Positions 50,500 through 64,000 of a DNA stretch of 64,000 nt are shown piece after piece. Position 1 is the first letter of the stretch. Each line of letters starts with the position of its first letter. The translations under genes and the position numbers were made by a program. This DNA comes from Vicugna vicugna. Lineage: Eukaryota. The notes under the pieces were generated by a model. That model ran no database searches, was not told the DNA's origin, and saw only the letters and a program-made list of their open reading frames with translations. The stretch is taken from positions 5,400,508-5,464,507 of the forward strand of contig MU058584.1 of assembly GCA_013265495.1 (NCBI GenBank). The letters are read 5' to 3'.

Positions 50500-50960
50500 T
50501 AGGTTACCCTTCACATCCAGTCTGTCTCCGAGGCCGTCACTTCTACCCCCCTAAATGTCTTTTGAAGCTCACCGCTTCTGGCTACACCTGCTGTCATATC
50601 TGCTCAGACTACCAGCATCTTCCCCTGAATTATTTTAATAGCCTTCTCTCCGGTCTGTCTCCTTCAGACTGATCTCCCCAGGCCCGCTTTCATCTGCTCT
50701 CGACACTGCAGCCAGCCTGATCGCTATCAGGTAGGAGTGATCGTGCTAAGCCCCTGCGTAAAACACATAGTTGCCCTCTGGATAAAGCTCAGACATCTTA
50801 ATACGACTTTACAAGGCCCTTGCTGATTTTTCCAGCCTTATCTCTTGTCATTTTCCACCTCAAAGTCAAAGCTCCTGCCTTACTAAACTATTTTTACATC
50901 TCTTAGAGACAGCTAGTTGCTCTTGGATTTGGACAACTTGTTCCCTCTTGGACAATGTAC
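50500..50960 (+). mobile_element. L2 LINE relic
   Basis: ctgaattattttaatagccttctctccggtct...cactgcagccag...acaaggcccttgctgat. Confidence 0.65.
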
Positions 50961-52179
50961 TAGTAAAAATCATAACTCTTCCTTCAAGATAGAAACTACA
51001 ACTAAAGATAAATTATGAGTGTTAGTGTGTTCAGAGGCCTGCACTAACCACAGCCAAGAAATCCAGACCTGTTCAATCATCTTATTCCCTCTACACCTAT
51101 GTTTATTTCTGGTTAATAGCTTATTTTTTTTCCCCAGAGAGTACCAGAACAAAAACCAATGCAGAAATAATTATATATCCAAATTCAGACTTGCTTTGAC
51201 CAACTATTTATACATATGATGAAATGTTTTATTTATTTCTTAAATTTTCATTTTATAACCAACTAAGTGATATAACCAAGTTATAGAACATTTGGAAAAG
51301 GAAAATAGGAAAGATCCACCCCTCTTTTCCATCATTCCAAAAACCAGTTTACTAGGATTATTATCTTCTAGAAGGTAAGCTCCACGAGGGCAGGAGCTAC
51401 ATAAACCCTGTTTATTGCTGTGTCCCTAGTGATGTACTTTTAGTTTTTATAAATCGGAAGTTTGAAATTTTCCCCTCTTGGGGAGTGATGGAAATGCTGG
51501 GTATCTTGATTGCGGTGGTGGTTTCATGGCTGTGTACATCTATCAAAATTCATCAAACTGTACATTTGAAATATGTGTAGTTTACTGTACAGAAACCATA
51601 CCACAATAAAGGTATTTTGAAAAATAAAATAAAATGTAAACATATGAAGGAATGACTGATGTACCTCGTTTTGCTGTACAGAATTTAAAAGTCAAACACA
51701 CTTGAATTTTCTACTGTACACCTATTTGGCAACTTAGAGGATTTCAACTTCAGTACCTGTGAAGTGTTGAAGATAATCAGAGAAAGACAGTCCTGGAAAC
51801 AGACTACGGAAATAAAATGAAAGGCAGAGAAATATGCATGTTTTTTCAATGAAGCTTTGGAAAAGACAAAGAAAGCAAGGAGAAAGTAAAACCGACCCTC
51901 AGGAGTATCGCCAATGATGTAGGTGTGAGGGGGACTAACACCGAACGGGAGCGGAGGGCAGGTGTACACAATGTCGAGTCATAAAGTCAAAAAAGCAGCA
52001 CACGTCTTCAGGGACAATGGGGAGCCAACAAACGACTTTTTGCAGAAGAAATAGATGCCACACGATAAGATAGATATGTCAGTGTCTTGTTAGGACTATA
52101 GGTGGAAGTCATCTAGAAAAGTTTCTGATGAGCAAAGGGATAAACTGATTAAATTAGAATCTCTGCTTATTATTTCAAA

Positions 52180-52560
52180 GGTATTAAGGTTACAAAAGGC
52201 AAGGAAAATCTAACAAATGGTTCTAGATTGTAAGAAACTAAGGAGAAAGCTAAGTGCAATGCATGATTCCCAGACCTGGATCCTTTTGCTATTAAAAGTC
52301 CATTTGCTATAAACTGGCGAAACTGGAAATGGAGTTTAAAGCTTTGATAATAGTAACATATCGATTGCTAATGTCCTAATTTGGATGCTTGTGATTTGGT
52401 TATGTAGGACAATGTCCCTTTATGTTAAAAATACACCCTGAAGTATTCAGAGAAATGGGACATTATGGTGGCAACTTAATCACAAACATTTATTTATTTT
52501 CTTAAAGTTTTGTAGACTGTACTTGCAACTTTTCTATAAGCTGGAAATTATTATTTTTTT
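52180..52560 (+). mobile_element. Old L1 (L1MC-type) 3' end relic
   Basis: ctaagtgcaatgcatgattcc...ctggatcc...ggttatgtaggacaatgtcc...gtacttgcaacttttctataagctggaaatt. Confidence 0.7.
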
Positions 52561-55500
52561 AATGAGAATGTTTAAGGGTACACCTGGACATTCGTATATT
52601 AAACACTGCCTAGGTGATTCTAACATGCAACCAAGGCTAGAAACCACTGCTATAGAGTCTTCATTATCAACACTGAAGAAAAAATGTTACATACTTTTGT
52701 ACTGAGTACATAAACCATAATTTATTGAACCAAACTCTTCTTTCTTTTCCTTCAAAGATGATTTGTTAATGAGTTTTTAAAGGCCAGGCAAGACAGATTC
52801 TCTTCTCTATGAGTACTAAGTCCAAGGGGAAAATATATATAGGTAAACAAAATGCATGGTAATAACTACAATACATTTGTTATCATTTGTTTGGAAATCA
52901 CTATGTGCTGGGCACTATGCAATCTGATAAGACAGGCACTGTTATCTTCCTTTTACAGAATGAGGAATCCTAGGCTCAGTGAAATGAGTAACTTGCCCTG
53001 GAGTACAGAGCGATGTTGACCCTATACCACTGCATGAGAGGAAAGCAAGGTGCTGTGAAAACACGCAGATGGAGATCTGATGTAGACTATGAGTTTGATG
53101 GAAGGTTTTTTCAGAGGTAAAAAATATCTCATAAATCTTTAGACATGCACACTATTTCCAATTTTAATTATCTGCAAATACTTCCTAAATGAACATCTGT
53201 GTGGGAACTTTCCATTTAGTAGTCCTGCGGCTGCCTGTCCTTTGGTGAGATTCTAAGAAGTAGAATTCTGGAACAAAGCGAATAGAAAAATCCCATGGCT
53301 TTCAGTACCTGCTGCCACACAGCTGTCACCAGCCATATGAAGGTATTTTCCTGAAGCCTCACCAGAAGTGGCCATGGATACTGTAAAAATTCTTTCCCAT
53401 TAGCAGGAAACTAATATTTTTTATTTCTTTTATTGTTAGTTAGGTTAAACATTTTTCCATTAATGCTTTCTTTCAAGCATAGATTTAAGATCTTTACAAC
53501 TACTACCAACCGAGTATCGGGGCATCTCAGCAGTAAAGTAACATCCTAGAAGGTCTCCTACTATATAGACGCTGTCATTTTTGCTCATAACCACAAAAGT
53601 GGCTGTGTCACAACAGCCACATCTAATGAAATCAGATGTCTATACCCATGCCAAAATCCTTGACCTCTAAAACTTCTGTGAGCTCAGTGAGACAGAAGAA
53701 ATGCCCCGTTTGACTCTGAAATCCTATCACGATGTCAGCAAGTAAAACACACCCTATAATTGCTGTAAAAATAAGTAAATAAAACAACTAATGGTCACAA
53801 AAATATAAACTGAAACCATATTTTCTGAGCTCTACACATATGATGCGAATAAAACTTGGCTCAGTAAACATCACATGAGAAAAAGGAGAAGTCGCTTGTT
53901 CCCTTCCTTCCCTGCTTGACACATAACTAGTGTGCCCATGACAGTTCTGGCTTATTCCTTTTGTCCTAACATCCTGATTGGTTCTGGACTGGGCAATAAA
54001 TTTTATGGTCCCTGTATAACTAATGGATGTTCCCTTAATGAACAGTAGATCTAAGTACAAAGTGCTTGCCTGATCAGATAGCTTGTCTTTGTGTCATCCT
54101 GAATTTCATTTGAAAAGTCTCTGAGCAGATAACTCTTTGGGCCTCTGTTTGTCTGTCTGTTTTTTAAATAATACTTTGCCATTTAAAGCTAAGTGGCAAT
54201 CTGCAAATAGTTAATCCCCTGACTAAGAGAACACCCCTTGTTAGTATCAGCACTCCTTACTCCATTTTATTGATAAGAGAAGTGAGGCATGGAAAGAAGA
54301 AGTGACTTATTTCAGGTCTCGGCAAGTATGAATCATTGGCCATGTGAAAGGAGGCCGCTGGAGCTCCAACTTCCAGTTTTGAGGAATTCTCGAAACCACA
54401 CAGCCATTAATTTGCAATTAAATATCCTGTGCAGTTATGTCAGAAAGATTTTTAATCATTTAGTAAATGGCTTTGTAAACTACATGTAGTAATAATCTCT
54501 TTCAAACTGCATGAGCAAAATCACAAGCATATCTTGGATAATATTTTCCAGTGGGCATACATTTCATTGTTAATCATATTTCAATTTCTTTGAACAACCG
54601 TCTGAATTCAAGGCTAATCTATAGATCCTAAGCTCTCAGAGGGTAAAGGGAATACTTATAAAATTGGTGAAAATTTAAAGTAAGTATTTAGTCCTTTAGG
54701 TAAAAATAAAATTTGTTACATTTTTACATTTCAGAAGTATTTACGTCTAAATTTCATACTAGGGTACAGTTTGGATAAGATTTCAGCAGATGAACATCTT
54801 GGATTGTACCAGAAAATCGAAATGGAGCCAGCTAAATCATTCTCTACAGCAACAAAAGCAAAAACTGATAGAAATAAATCTAACGGGCTATGTCTAAGAC
54901 CCATGTAAAAAAGGCTACTGTCTGCATAAAAGAAGCAGCACATCAAAAAAAAAAAAAAGCAGCACACCACACAGGCAGTTGGAGGGACCCACTTGCCACG
55001 TCACCCTCACACTAATCCATAAACATATTGCAATGTCGATTAAAGTCCTGTTGGCATCTTGTGGGGGCGGGATAAAGGACTTGGTACATTTCATTTTGAG
55101 AAATAAGTTTAAGAGAATAATCAAGAAAACCTTTTAAAAGTTTAAATCAACTACAATAATAAAAATAGAATTTTGCTAGCACAGACCAATCGAATAAATT
55201 GAAAGTTCAGAAACAGGCACAAGTGTACATAAGAATTCAATACATGAGAAACAACCATGAAAGAACAGAAGGATTTAATAAAGAATGTTGTGGCAGCTGA
55301 CTAGATCCATACCTCACACCAAACATCAAATAAATTCTAAGTGAGTTGAATATTTCAGTGTGAGAAAATGAAAACAAAACGTTGGGGAAGACTTTTCTAT
55401 GTATATCTTTAAAGGTGGAAAAAAAAAAAAAGACCAACAGATTTGACATAAAACAATACTCACTAAAATAAATATGTATTAAGGAAATCAGTCATTTTTC

Positions 55501-56312
55501 TGACATTCATGCTATAAGCAATTAAATTTATCGTATCTTTTAATTTCATTTAGTTTCTTCTGACACAAATTTTTTTAAATTGTAAGAAGTTAAAAATGTC
55601 AATCTCTCAGGTTTCTTGAAAATTGAGAAATGACTTAATCCCAAACCAGACCAATTTTCACTTACATTTTCTTGTATTTTTTCACTGTTTCTTATTTTAT
55701 GCTAATTAAAAAATGAGAGGTCAAAATATAGCTTTGTCCTATATTAGCTGTTTGATTTGAGGATGTTACTTAACCTTTCTGAGTCTCAATTTCATTTTTC
55801 TGAAAAAAAAACACATGATAATGCCAACTTACCAGACTTGCAGTGGAGGTCAAGAGAAATTTATACAAAGTATTTATTATAATTATTATAGAACCTGACA
55901 TATAAAGAGTCAATAATGGTAGTTATTACTTTTAATGCTATCACATTGCATACTGAACTTCTTAATTTCATCGATATATCTTTATGACTAGAAACTTACG
56001 GTAATGGTATTTCTTCCTGATTCTGAAACAAATTCCACATTATTTAGTCAATGTTGTAGCTTTTTACTTTCTAAAATATTTTTAAACCATAGTAATATAG
56101 GCCAATCAGAAAAATAACCTTAATTTTATGAAGACTACCCAGTTATATACAGCATCCTTCACTTTGGTCTTTTAAAGTTGCAGTCTGAAGTCATCAAATG
56201 GCCAAGGAACACTGTAATCCAAGAATATGAAAAGGCTCCTTACACGCTAGAACTGCTGAGATTATTCATGAGCTTGAAATAGAAACAGGGTGTTTACCCT
56301 TCTTTATCTTAC

Positions 56313-56420
56313 CTCTAACGGGCCATCCTCTGGCAGATCAGTACAGTGGACAGCATTCTGGATCTTAGTTTTACCAAAGATTGCTCGGAGGGTTCCAGGA
56401 CGTAAATGCCGGGCAATTTC
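56313..56420 (-). CDS. NME7: Nucleoside diphosphate kinase 7, penultimate coding exon (108 bp; second NDK domain with His motif)
   Basis: Not in the ORF track; reverse complement reads EIARHLRPGTLRAIFGKTKIQNAVHCTDLPEDGPLE. Acceptor tttaaCAG (+ strand ctg 56421-56423); donor GTAAG (+ strand ac 56311-56312); phase 0 joins to VQYFF. Confidence 0.98.
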
Positions 56421-56869
56421 CTGTTAAACACACATTCACGTATAGAATAAAATCAGCCATGCAGTGTTAAGAAAATCACCAGCTGTACAAAACACTTGAA
56501 TTATTCCTTAATGAAATACATGTATATATTGTTGGTATGGATTTTTCCTGGAAATAGCAGGAATATATGAAAACTGAGCAATGAAAATTTTCAGTTCACT
56601 CAGAAGGCTTTTTCTCTGACCCAAAGTAAAGTCTGCTGTAATCTATGTCAAAGAGCAATAATAATTACCTTCTTTTTATTAACAGATTATGGGAGTCATA
56701 TAAAATATGAACCCAGTTCATTATTGTGAAAGACCTATATTTTACAAAGACAACAGAGATCCTAATAACTTGACTTAAAATGAACTAGTTTGATGGCATT
56801 GATTCCAAAAGATTTTTTAATGTTATAGTTGTATTAGCTTAGTGCCATTTAGGGGGGAAAATGGTTTTT

Positions 56870-57960
56870 CATACTTGTCCATGTACGTATGTATAGCTGT
56901 AACTTATTTGTTTTTATTACCATGTAGATTCCAATGTATGATAGAGCATACTTTATCCATTTTCCTGTAAATGAACATTCAATTAATTCCTTCTCCCTCT
57001 TTTCCAACCTCTCTCTTACTCTAGCTCACACACACACACACACACACACCAATTCTGCTACAAGCATTCTTGTACATGGTACACATGTGCAAGAGCTTTT
57101 CTGGAATCTTAGGGCACATCCATATTCACTTTTACTAAACATTGTCAAACTATTTTCTTAAATGGTGGTAACAATTTGCCCTCAATCATCAGCGCACAAG
57201 AATTCCCACTATCCACATCAAAACCAGCATTTGATACTGGCTAACTTTTTAATTTAGCCATTCTGGCGAGTGTGAAATGGCATCTCACTGTGTTCTTAGT
57301 TCATATTTCCTCGATTACTAAAGAAACAGAGTGACTTTTCATATAAATCCTTTTCTGTAAAATGCCTGCTCTTGACTTCTCTCCATTTTTCTACTGGGTT
57401 CTTCTTTTTCTTTTTGATTGCTACTCTTAGTATATTCTGAATTCTATTTTTTTGTCAGTTACATATGATGATAATATCTTTTTCCCAGTGAAGTTTGTCT
57501 TTGAGTTTTCTTTAGAATGTTTTTTGATGACCAGAAAGATTAAATTTTAATGAAATTAAATTTACTGATCTTTTCATTTATGGTTTGTGCTTTTTTATTT
57601 CTTAAGGAATTATTCCCTACTCCAAGATCATAATGATAACTCATGTCTATTGTCTTCCAAAATCTTTAAAGTTTACCCTTTCACATTAATTTCTTGATCC
57701 ACCTAGAACTGACTTTGGGTATCATGTGAGATAGATATCATTTCCATTTTTCCCATATGGATATTTAATTGCACCAGCACCGTTTATTAAATATTTTCAC
57801 TCCTTCTCCAGCAATGCCCAATGACAGCTCTATTATATAAAAGGTTTCCATGTATGTATGGGTCTGTTTCTTGGTCTGCCATTTGGTGCCACTGGACTTT
57901 TTGTCTATTTTTACATCTATCCTATACTGTCTAATTGTTATAATAAGTCTTCATTTGGTA
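56870..57960 (-). mobile_element. Old L1 (L1ME/MD-type) ORF2-3' relic
   Basis: gtgtgaaatggcatctcactgtg...ttttcatttatggtttgtgct...ttgatccacctagaactgact...gcaccagcaccgtttattaaa; contains (CA)n at ~57028-57049. Confidence 0.75.
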
Positions 57961-57984
57961 AGGCAGGTCCCCCAAAGTTTGCTT

Positions 57985-59780
57985 TTGAATGCATTAAGTT
58001 TGAGTTGCCCATTAGATATCCAAGTGAGCTCATCAAATACTTGATTGCCTACATGTCTAGAGTTCAGAGGAGTGTCCCACACCACAAATAACAATTTGGG
58101 AATCAATAGCGTATATATGGCGTAAAGTGACAGTTTAGCTGAAATCATGAAGGCAGTTGAGTATAAACAAAGGAGAGGAGGCACAGGGGCACCATGTCAT
58201 TAAAAAGCCAAGGAGATGAGAAGAGGTGAGCAAAGGAGCCTGAAGAGGAATGGCCAGCCTGGTTAGAAGAAATGCAGGAGCATCCTTTCCTAGAAGACAG
58301 AGAAGGAAAAATTTCAAGGGCAGACAGTTATCACCAGTGACAAACATTCCTGCTAATTCCAGTAAAGACTGAGACGTGACCAACAAGTTTACCTGTATGG
58401 AGTCACTGATATCCTTGACTAGAGCGGTTTCAGAGAAGTGGAGAGAAGCGGAAGACTGATTATTGTGGTTTCAAGAGAAAAATGGGTGGAAGAACTGGGA
58501 AAGGTGAACACAGGCAACTATGCTGAGGAATTTTATTGTAAAGGAGGGAGAAATGGAGCAGTAAGTAGACATAGAAGTAAGACCGAGAAAGGTTTTTTGG
58601 GGGTTTTTTTTGTTTGTTTTTTTCTTGAGGCAGAGAGGATGTTGTCTTCAAAGTGGGAAAAATAATAGCAGGTTTCCATGCTGATGGGAATGACCCAACA
58701 AAGGGAAAAACTGATGAAGCAGAAAGGAGAAGAGAGGATTGCTGGAGTGATGGGATCAAGTAACAAAGTCCATGCTGAACATCAAGACAGTCTACAAGGG
58801 CAGTTATAGCTCTGTGAGTTTATGTAGTGCAGGGAACTTACAGAAGTTCTTTATTTTTAATTTTTATTGAGATAAAACTTACATACGACAGCACGCATTG
58901 GTGTTAAGTGTACTGCCCCACGAATTTTGTCAAATGTTTACACTCAGTAATCATCACCCTAAAGAAGACCTAGAACATTCCTAAAATTCCCCCTAGATGT
59001 TATATTTTGACTGATTCTATTTTCCAGTGAAAAAGCCAACAAGATTGCCAGCAGCTGAAAGAAAGGATGAGGAGGAGGCTTTTGGGATCTGAGGAGAGGA
59101 AAAAGAAGGTATGAGATATATTTTAAGAGAACAGAAAAGTGAATGGGCTAGAAAAATGAATATGGCTGCTCAGAGCACTAAGTCCGCTTGAGGTTTGTGA
59201 CTGAGAACGCAGAGGGAGATCATTTAGGACAGTTGTGTGTTCCTCTCTAGCATATTCAGCTGCACAGGTGCAAGCAAAGAAAGGTTAGGTAGAACGCTGA
59301 AAGGTTAGGTAATGAAGTTTGGGGTTTTAGCAAGAGAAAACAACAAAACAAGAGAGGGATGAGGGAGTTGAGGGTATATGTAAAGAAACAATGATGACGG
59401 ACAAAAACTTTTAATTGAGTAAGAAAGTAGGTGAGGCCCTGGGCAGGTGGTGGAGGGGTCAGAGACAAGGAAAAGGCAGATCGATGGATCAGCGCTCCTA
59501 GTGGGATGAAGTGATTATGGAAACAGTGTGTCAGAAGAAACAAGCTGTAAACTTAAGAGATAGAATATTTAAAATGGGAATTACTGGGGGTAGGCAGAGA
59601 GGGAGTTACAGAGATTTATAACGACCAGTTTTAAGGTATAACCATGGCTGAGGTCAGATGGAGGGCAGGCTGGCTGGAAGAAAGGAGGACAACAGATGGA
59701 GAGGCCAAGGTACGGAGTGGATTACCTGTATGAATATATAGAGCACCAGGAATTAGGACGGGTGGAGTGTATGGTGCAAG
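57985..59780 (-). mobile_element. L2 LINE relic, interrupted by a short L1 3' fragment (~58855-58990)
   Basis: aagtttgagttgcccattagatatccaagtg...ggagtcactgatatccttgactagagcggtttcag; long purine-rich L2-like sequence. Confidence 0.65.
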
Positions 59781-60458
59781 GATTCTGAGCAGCATCCCCG
59801 TCTGTGAGTCCATCACTTAAGCACATCTTAAAGGCATTTATTTAGTGAGTTACTTAAGTCTTATTTTCAAGGTTTCTATCAAATGTCAGTTATAACTGTA
59901 TCAAGTTTAAGAAAAACATTTTGATAAACTAGAAAATAAGGCTGACTTCATACTTTATTTCATATTCATTATTTTCTGTTCCCCGTAATTTTCCAAGCAA
60001 TGAAGCACCCAACATTAAACACCTACTCTACCTACGTGGTGGTAAGCTGCCACTCTGTGAAGTAAGATGTACTCTGTAAAATTATTAAAGGTGAATGAAA
60101 GGTGAGCACTTTTCCGTTTCTTATCATTTCAGATTAGGGGGAAAACACTTCAAAATGAGTCACTCTGATTAAACTGTTTCATAAGAACTTGTTCTCTACC
60201 CACTTTTATTTGGTGCTCACCATATTCATTAAAATATTACTTTCATGTACGTGCCTGCTACAAGCACAGCCCTTGAACTCCGAAGAGGTGTGTGTGTGCT
60301 GGGAAGGGGGTGTGGTGTGGGGAGGTTGTTAACAGCTAATCTATTGTACTGTGGTCAGAGAATGTGGCCTCTGGTCTTCTTTTGAAGGAACTTGTTGACA
60401 TTTTCTTAATATGTACTAAGTTTTAGCAAATGTCTCATGGGTAGTTGAGAAGAATACT

Positions 60459-60896
60459 GTCACAGGTTGCATTCTCGGGGAAACCAACTCTAGATGGAGA
60501 TCTGCATGCTGGAAGTTTCTTGAGGAGTGGCCTCAGGATCTATACTTATGAGGAAAACAGGGTTGGGCGGAGGGAGAGGTTGAACTTCAAAGCACTAACA
60601 AGAGTTGCCCCCAGATAATCCTACAAGGAGCTCTGGAACTTCAGAGTTGTCCTCCATTGAAGCAAAGGGGTCAGATCTTTATCTCTCCAAAGTGACAAGT
60701 CACTGGATACAGGCTGTTCCAGGGAAGGGGGCATGTCCTTGTGCAAGCTGACTTTCTTCAGCAGAAAGCAATTTCTGGCGAGGGACCTGCTGCATTACTG
60801 TCAGCTGCCAACATTTCCAGCAGCTGGGGAATGGGCACTGCAGTCCTGAAGGGCAGAGGCGGATCTGAGTGACCCTCCACAGCAGTGACCACTTAC
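60459..60896 (-). mobile_element. LTR40-like ERVL solo LTR
   Basis: tgtcac...ttaca ends; - strand cagatcc...ttcaggactg...cattccccagctgctgg...caaggacatgcccccttcc. Confidence 0.7.
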
Positions 60897-62224
60897 ACAC
60901 ACACATGCACACACATGCAGGTGCACACACACATACATACACAAAGATGTGCAGATTCACATAAAATTCATGCAGAATGTACAACATATATGACAAATAT
61001 GGCACTGCAGATGCCTGCAGTCTGATTACCATTCTCTTTTCTGGAAGGTTTTGCATTATCTCTTTATCTGGGCATTGGCCATTAACCAGTCATTCTGCTC
61101 CATACTCAACAGTCTAATCCAATTTGAAGACATACATTTCAGGTCAGCTTGTATTTTTTTTATTATTATTTTCTCTCCTCCATTTTCTCTCTTCTTTCCT
61201 TTAGCCACTTCTATGCAATCGGTATTGAAACTTCTGGTTCTACCTTCCCTCTCTTTTCCCCCCTATTTTCCATCTAATTGTCTTTTTGGGTTACATTCTA
61301 GGACAATTCCTCCATTTGATCTGTCACCTCACTAATTTGTTTCTAAACTGGGTCCCCTGCACACTTCTACTCATTTGCTAAGAATTTTGACATTTCAAAA
61401 ATTATAGTTAAAACTTTCCATAGCTATAGTTATTTTTATGGATCCAATATTCCCTTCAGTCTTCCTGGGGCTACTGACTGTATTGTTTTAAAGACTTTCA
61501 TTAGCTCAATTTGTTTTCCTTAGGTATTGGTTCTGTGTGCTGTGTTTGGTGTCTTCTTTATGGCCTGGGTTAACTTCAAATGGTTGCTAATTCCTGGCCC
61601 TTTATCTTGGTTTGGAATTCTCTGTTTATGTGTAAGAGATGCTGGGGACATACGGACAGGTGCTGGTTATTTTTCTTACAGAAGTAGGGCTTCCCATTTT
61701 TCCTGGGTGTCACTAGCTATCTACCCATCACATTGTCTCTAGCTAAAGCCCCACATGCATCACGCCGGTACTGTAGCTAACAGCACCAGCCGCCTTCTGC
61801 TCAGCATAAGCAAGGGAAGGTGAAGAGGCTGATTCACTCTGCTGCTCTTTCTGCAGCCTCTTCCTGAGTCGCCCTGCAGACGGCTCCAGGTCCCTCCTCC
61901 ACAAGGCATCCACAGGGTCTGATGTGCCGCCAGACCCCTCCTCCTTCAGACCAGTCCCAATAATATAACTTCCTCTATAAAACTAACTTGAGTTCCTCCC
62001 AGAGCAATCCTTCCTTTTCCACTGTTCCTACAGGAATTATGCTCCTATTGTAGGCCTCTGACTTGCAATTTATACCGTTTTCTGCGCCAGTTTTAGTAAG
62101 TTCCCATTAGACTCTCTGCCCTTTAACATGCTATAAAACTCCCTTGATATTCTATGTCTTATTTAAGAACACAGTAAATGTTTGCTAAATACGTGCTGAC
62201 TGACATAAAATGACAACACTTCTA

Positions 62225-62480
62225 TTCAGGGAGCCAGGACGTAGTACTGAAGAATGAGGGGTGTGGAGGAAAGCCCTCTGGATTTGAATTTTGCCTCTGC
62301 CACTTACTGGTTGGGTAGCCATGTGACAAGGCTTAAACTTACTGCTCGTTGTAACGTTCTCAATTGTAAAATAGTGAAAAATAGGACTTAACGATGATGT
62401 TGTTGTGAGAATTAAAGAAGTAAAAGTATTTAGAACAGTGTCTGCCATATGGTAAACATTCAGACAGACAGTGGCTTTTA
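62225..62480 (+). mobile_element. MIR SINE
   Basis: ctggatttgaattttgcctctgccacttactgg...gttgttgtgagaattaaa...ttagaacagtgtctgccatatggtaaa. Confidence 0.8.
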
Positions 62481-64000
62481 GTTTTATTCATATAACCTTA
62501 GCATTAAAAGGAAACTAAAATGAGATAGTTCTTCAAGCAATAAAGGGTATATTCTGATATGTGTCAAAGGTGATCCAACCAAATATACAAATATCTTTTA
62601 ACAAATATGTAACAACTCTCAATAATTTTAATGATCGTTTTAGAATGAAGATAAAAGTTTACATCATGCAATAAGACATTTACATTAAATAATAATTTAT
62701 AAACAAATCTCAGAAAATATGAAGTATTTTTACATGTATAGTATATCTTGTTTAGGTAAATGATAATAATGAAGCATAAAGAAAGAGAACAAGTATTTTC
62801 TTCATATCTGCTGTTAAAATTTAGGCTCTCATTTTGGATCTTTTTTTTACAAAGGGATTGATACATTTATTTTAGTTTTGATCACTATAAAATATCATGT
62901 ATGCCTATAAAAGTGAAAAACACTGAAATGCTTAAAGTGAAAGCCCAGAATAATCCTTCGTGGGTCATTTCCCCCTAAATTTCCCAGCAGATTTTCCCTA
63001 ATTCTTCCTAATAGAGCCATGCTCCTCCTGCTTCCTATATTGTGCGGTAAAAACCATCCTCCCATGCATGGCTCCCTTCCCTTAATGAAGCAGAAATGAG
63101 TACCAGGTAAGTAAAAGCAACACAAAGTACCAATATGCAATTTAAATTTAACACCATAAATAATTTTTAAGTTACTGCAATATTAATAAATGATGGGTTA
63201 TACTGAGAAAATGAGACTCTGAAGTACATTATTTATGTGCACTTAGAAGGTCCAAAGTCTTTCAAACTCTACCAAATTCCTGGCATAACTACCTCCCACC
63301 ACAACCTTGCCTTCTCAGCTCCATCAGGTCAAATGCTTGATTATTGTACAGCTCATCTTAAGTACTCAAAATTCTGCTCAGGTAATCGTGCAGTGGGAGG
63401 AAGAAATCTGGCTTAAAGAATGACCTTAAATCTAAGACACAGAAAATGTATTATGTAGAATGATGATTGGCAAAACACTGAAAAAACAGAGAGCTCATGT
63501 AATTATTCTACTACTGTGTGCATTATATGGAAAATTATCATTTATCAAATAATAGGTCCATGATAAAATATGTCCAAAGAAAACAAACTGCTGCCCTAGA
63601 AAGCTATTCTGTTTCAGTTCTCCATGACACAGAAGAGATATGCAAGAATGAAAATGACCTTCCACTTAAGAAATGAATTAAATTGGGAAAAGATTAGTAA
63701 AATTGACTGATTATGGAACTTCAAAGAAAGACAACTTTGTGATCAATAACAGAATATATTCACAGAATAAGTGGCATGTGATGGATAATCACACCGAGAC
63801 ATTAGCCTAATTTTGGGAAAATTCTAAGTAAAAGGAAAAAAGTCTTGCCTAAACTATAGGATAACCATGTTAGCTGTGATACAGTTAAGTGGATAAATCT
63901 TAAAAGAAGAACTAGCATAGTTCTGGTCTTAGAAATCCTAAAAGAGCTGTGGGAAGAAAAAAATCATGTTATAATCATTACCCTCATTTTATAGGCACCA

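Larger units (their letters stand above)
13583..56312 (-). other. NME7: NME7 last intron (42,730 bp, GT-AG)
   Basis: Defined by the splice sites of the two flanking exons; the joined protein ...DGPLE|VQYFF... is continuous. Confidence 0.92.

Noticed and set aside
1..64000. A novel multi-gene system, CRISPR array, operon or prokaryote-type defence locus
   Set aside because: The sequence is mammalian. All coding signal I can recognise belongs to ATP1B1, NME7 or dead L1 ORF2, and there is no regularly spaced repeat-spacer array.
56421..64000. Further upstream NME7 exon
   Set aside because: No NME7-like peptide recognised on the - strand; the next exon probably lies beyond the window.

Overview
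Mammalian genomic DNA, most likely a camelid (alpaca/camel). The organism call is inferred from Vic-1-like tRNA-derived SINEs and artiodactyl-type L1 3' ends; I saw no Alu, BovB/Bov-tA or PRE-1 elements. The window holds two convergent genes. (1) ATP1B1 (Na+/K+-ATPase beta-1), + strand: end of intron 2, coding exons 3-6 (5843-5998, 8204-8388, 10955-11035, 12016-12279) and a ~1.2-kb 3'UTR with five AATAAA signals. (2) NME7, - strand: penultimate coding exon (56313-56420), a 42.7-kb last intron, and a terminal exon with 10 codons plus stop (13550-13582) whose 3'UTR runs into the ATP1B1 3'UTR. The rest is intron filled with MIR, L2, L1, LTR and DNA-transposon relics. Repeat family names are from recall of consensus sequences, not a database search, and repeat boundaries are approximate. 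I found no evidence of a wholly new biological system. The most notable points are: the tail-to-tail 3' overlap with a palindromic two-way poly(A) element; a GC-AG intron in ATP1B1; amino-acid changes in the beta1 adhesion loop and a Leu->Pro in NME7; a candidate poison exon in the NME7 last intron; and several well-preserved or nested retrotransposon insertions.
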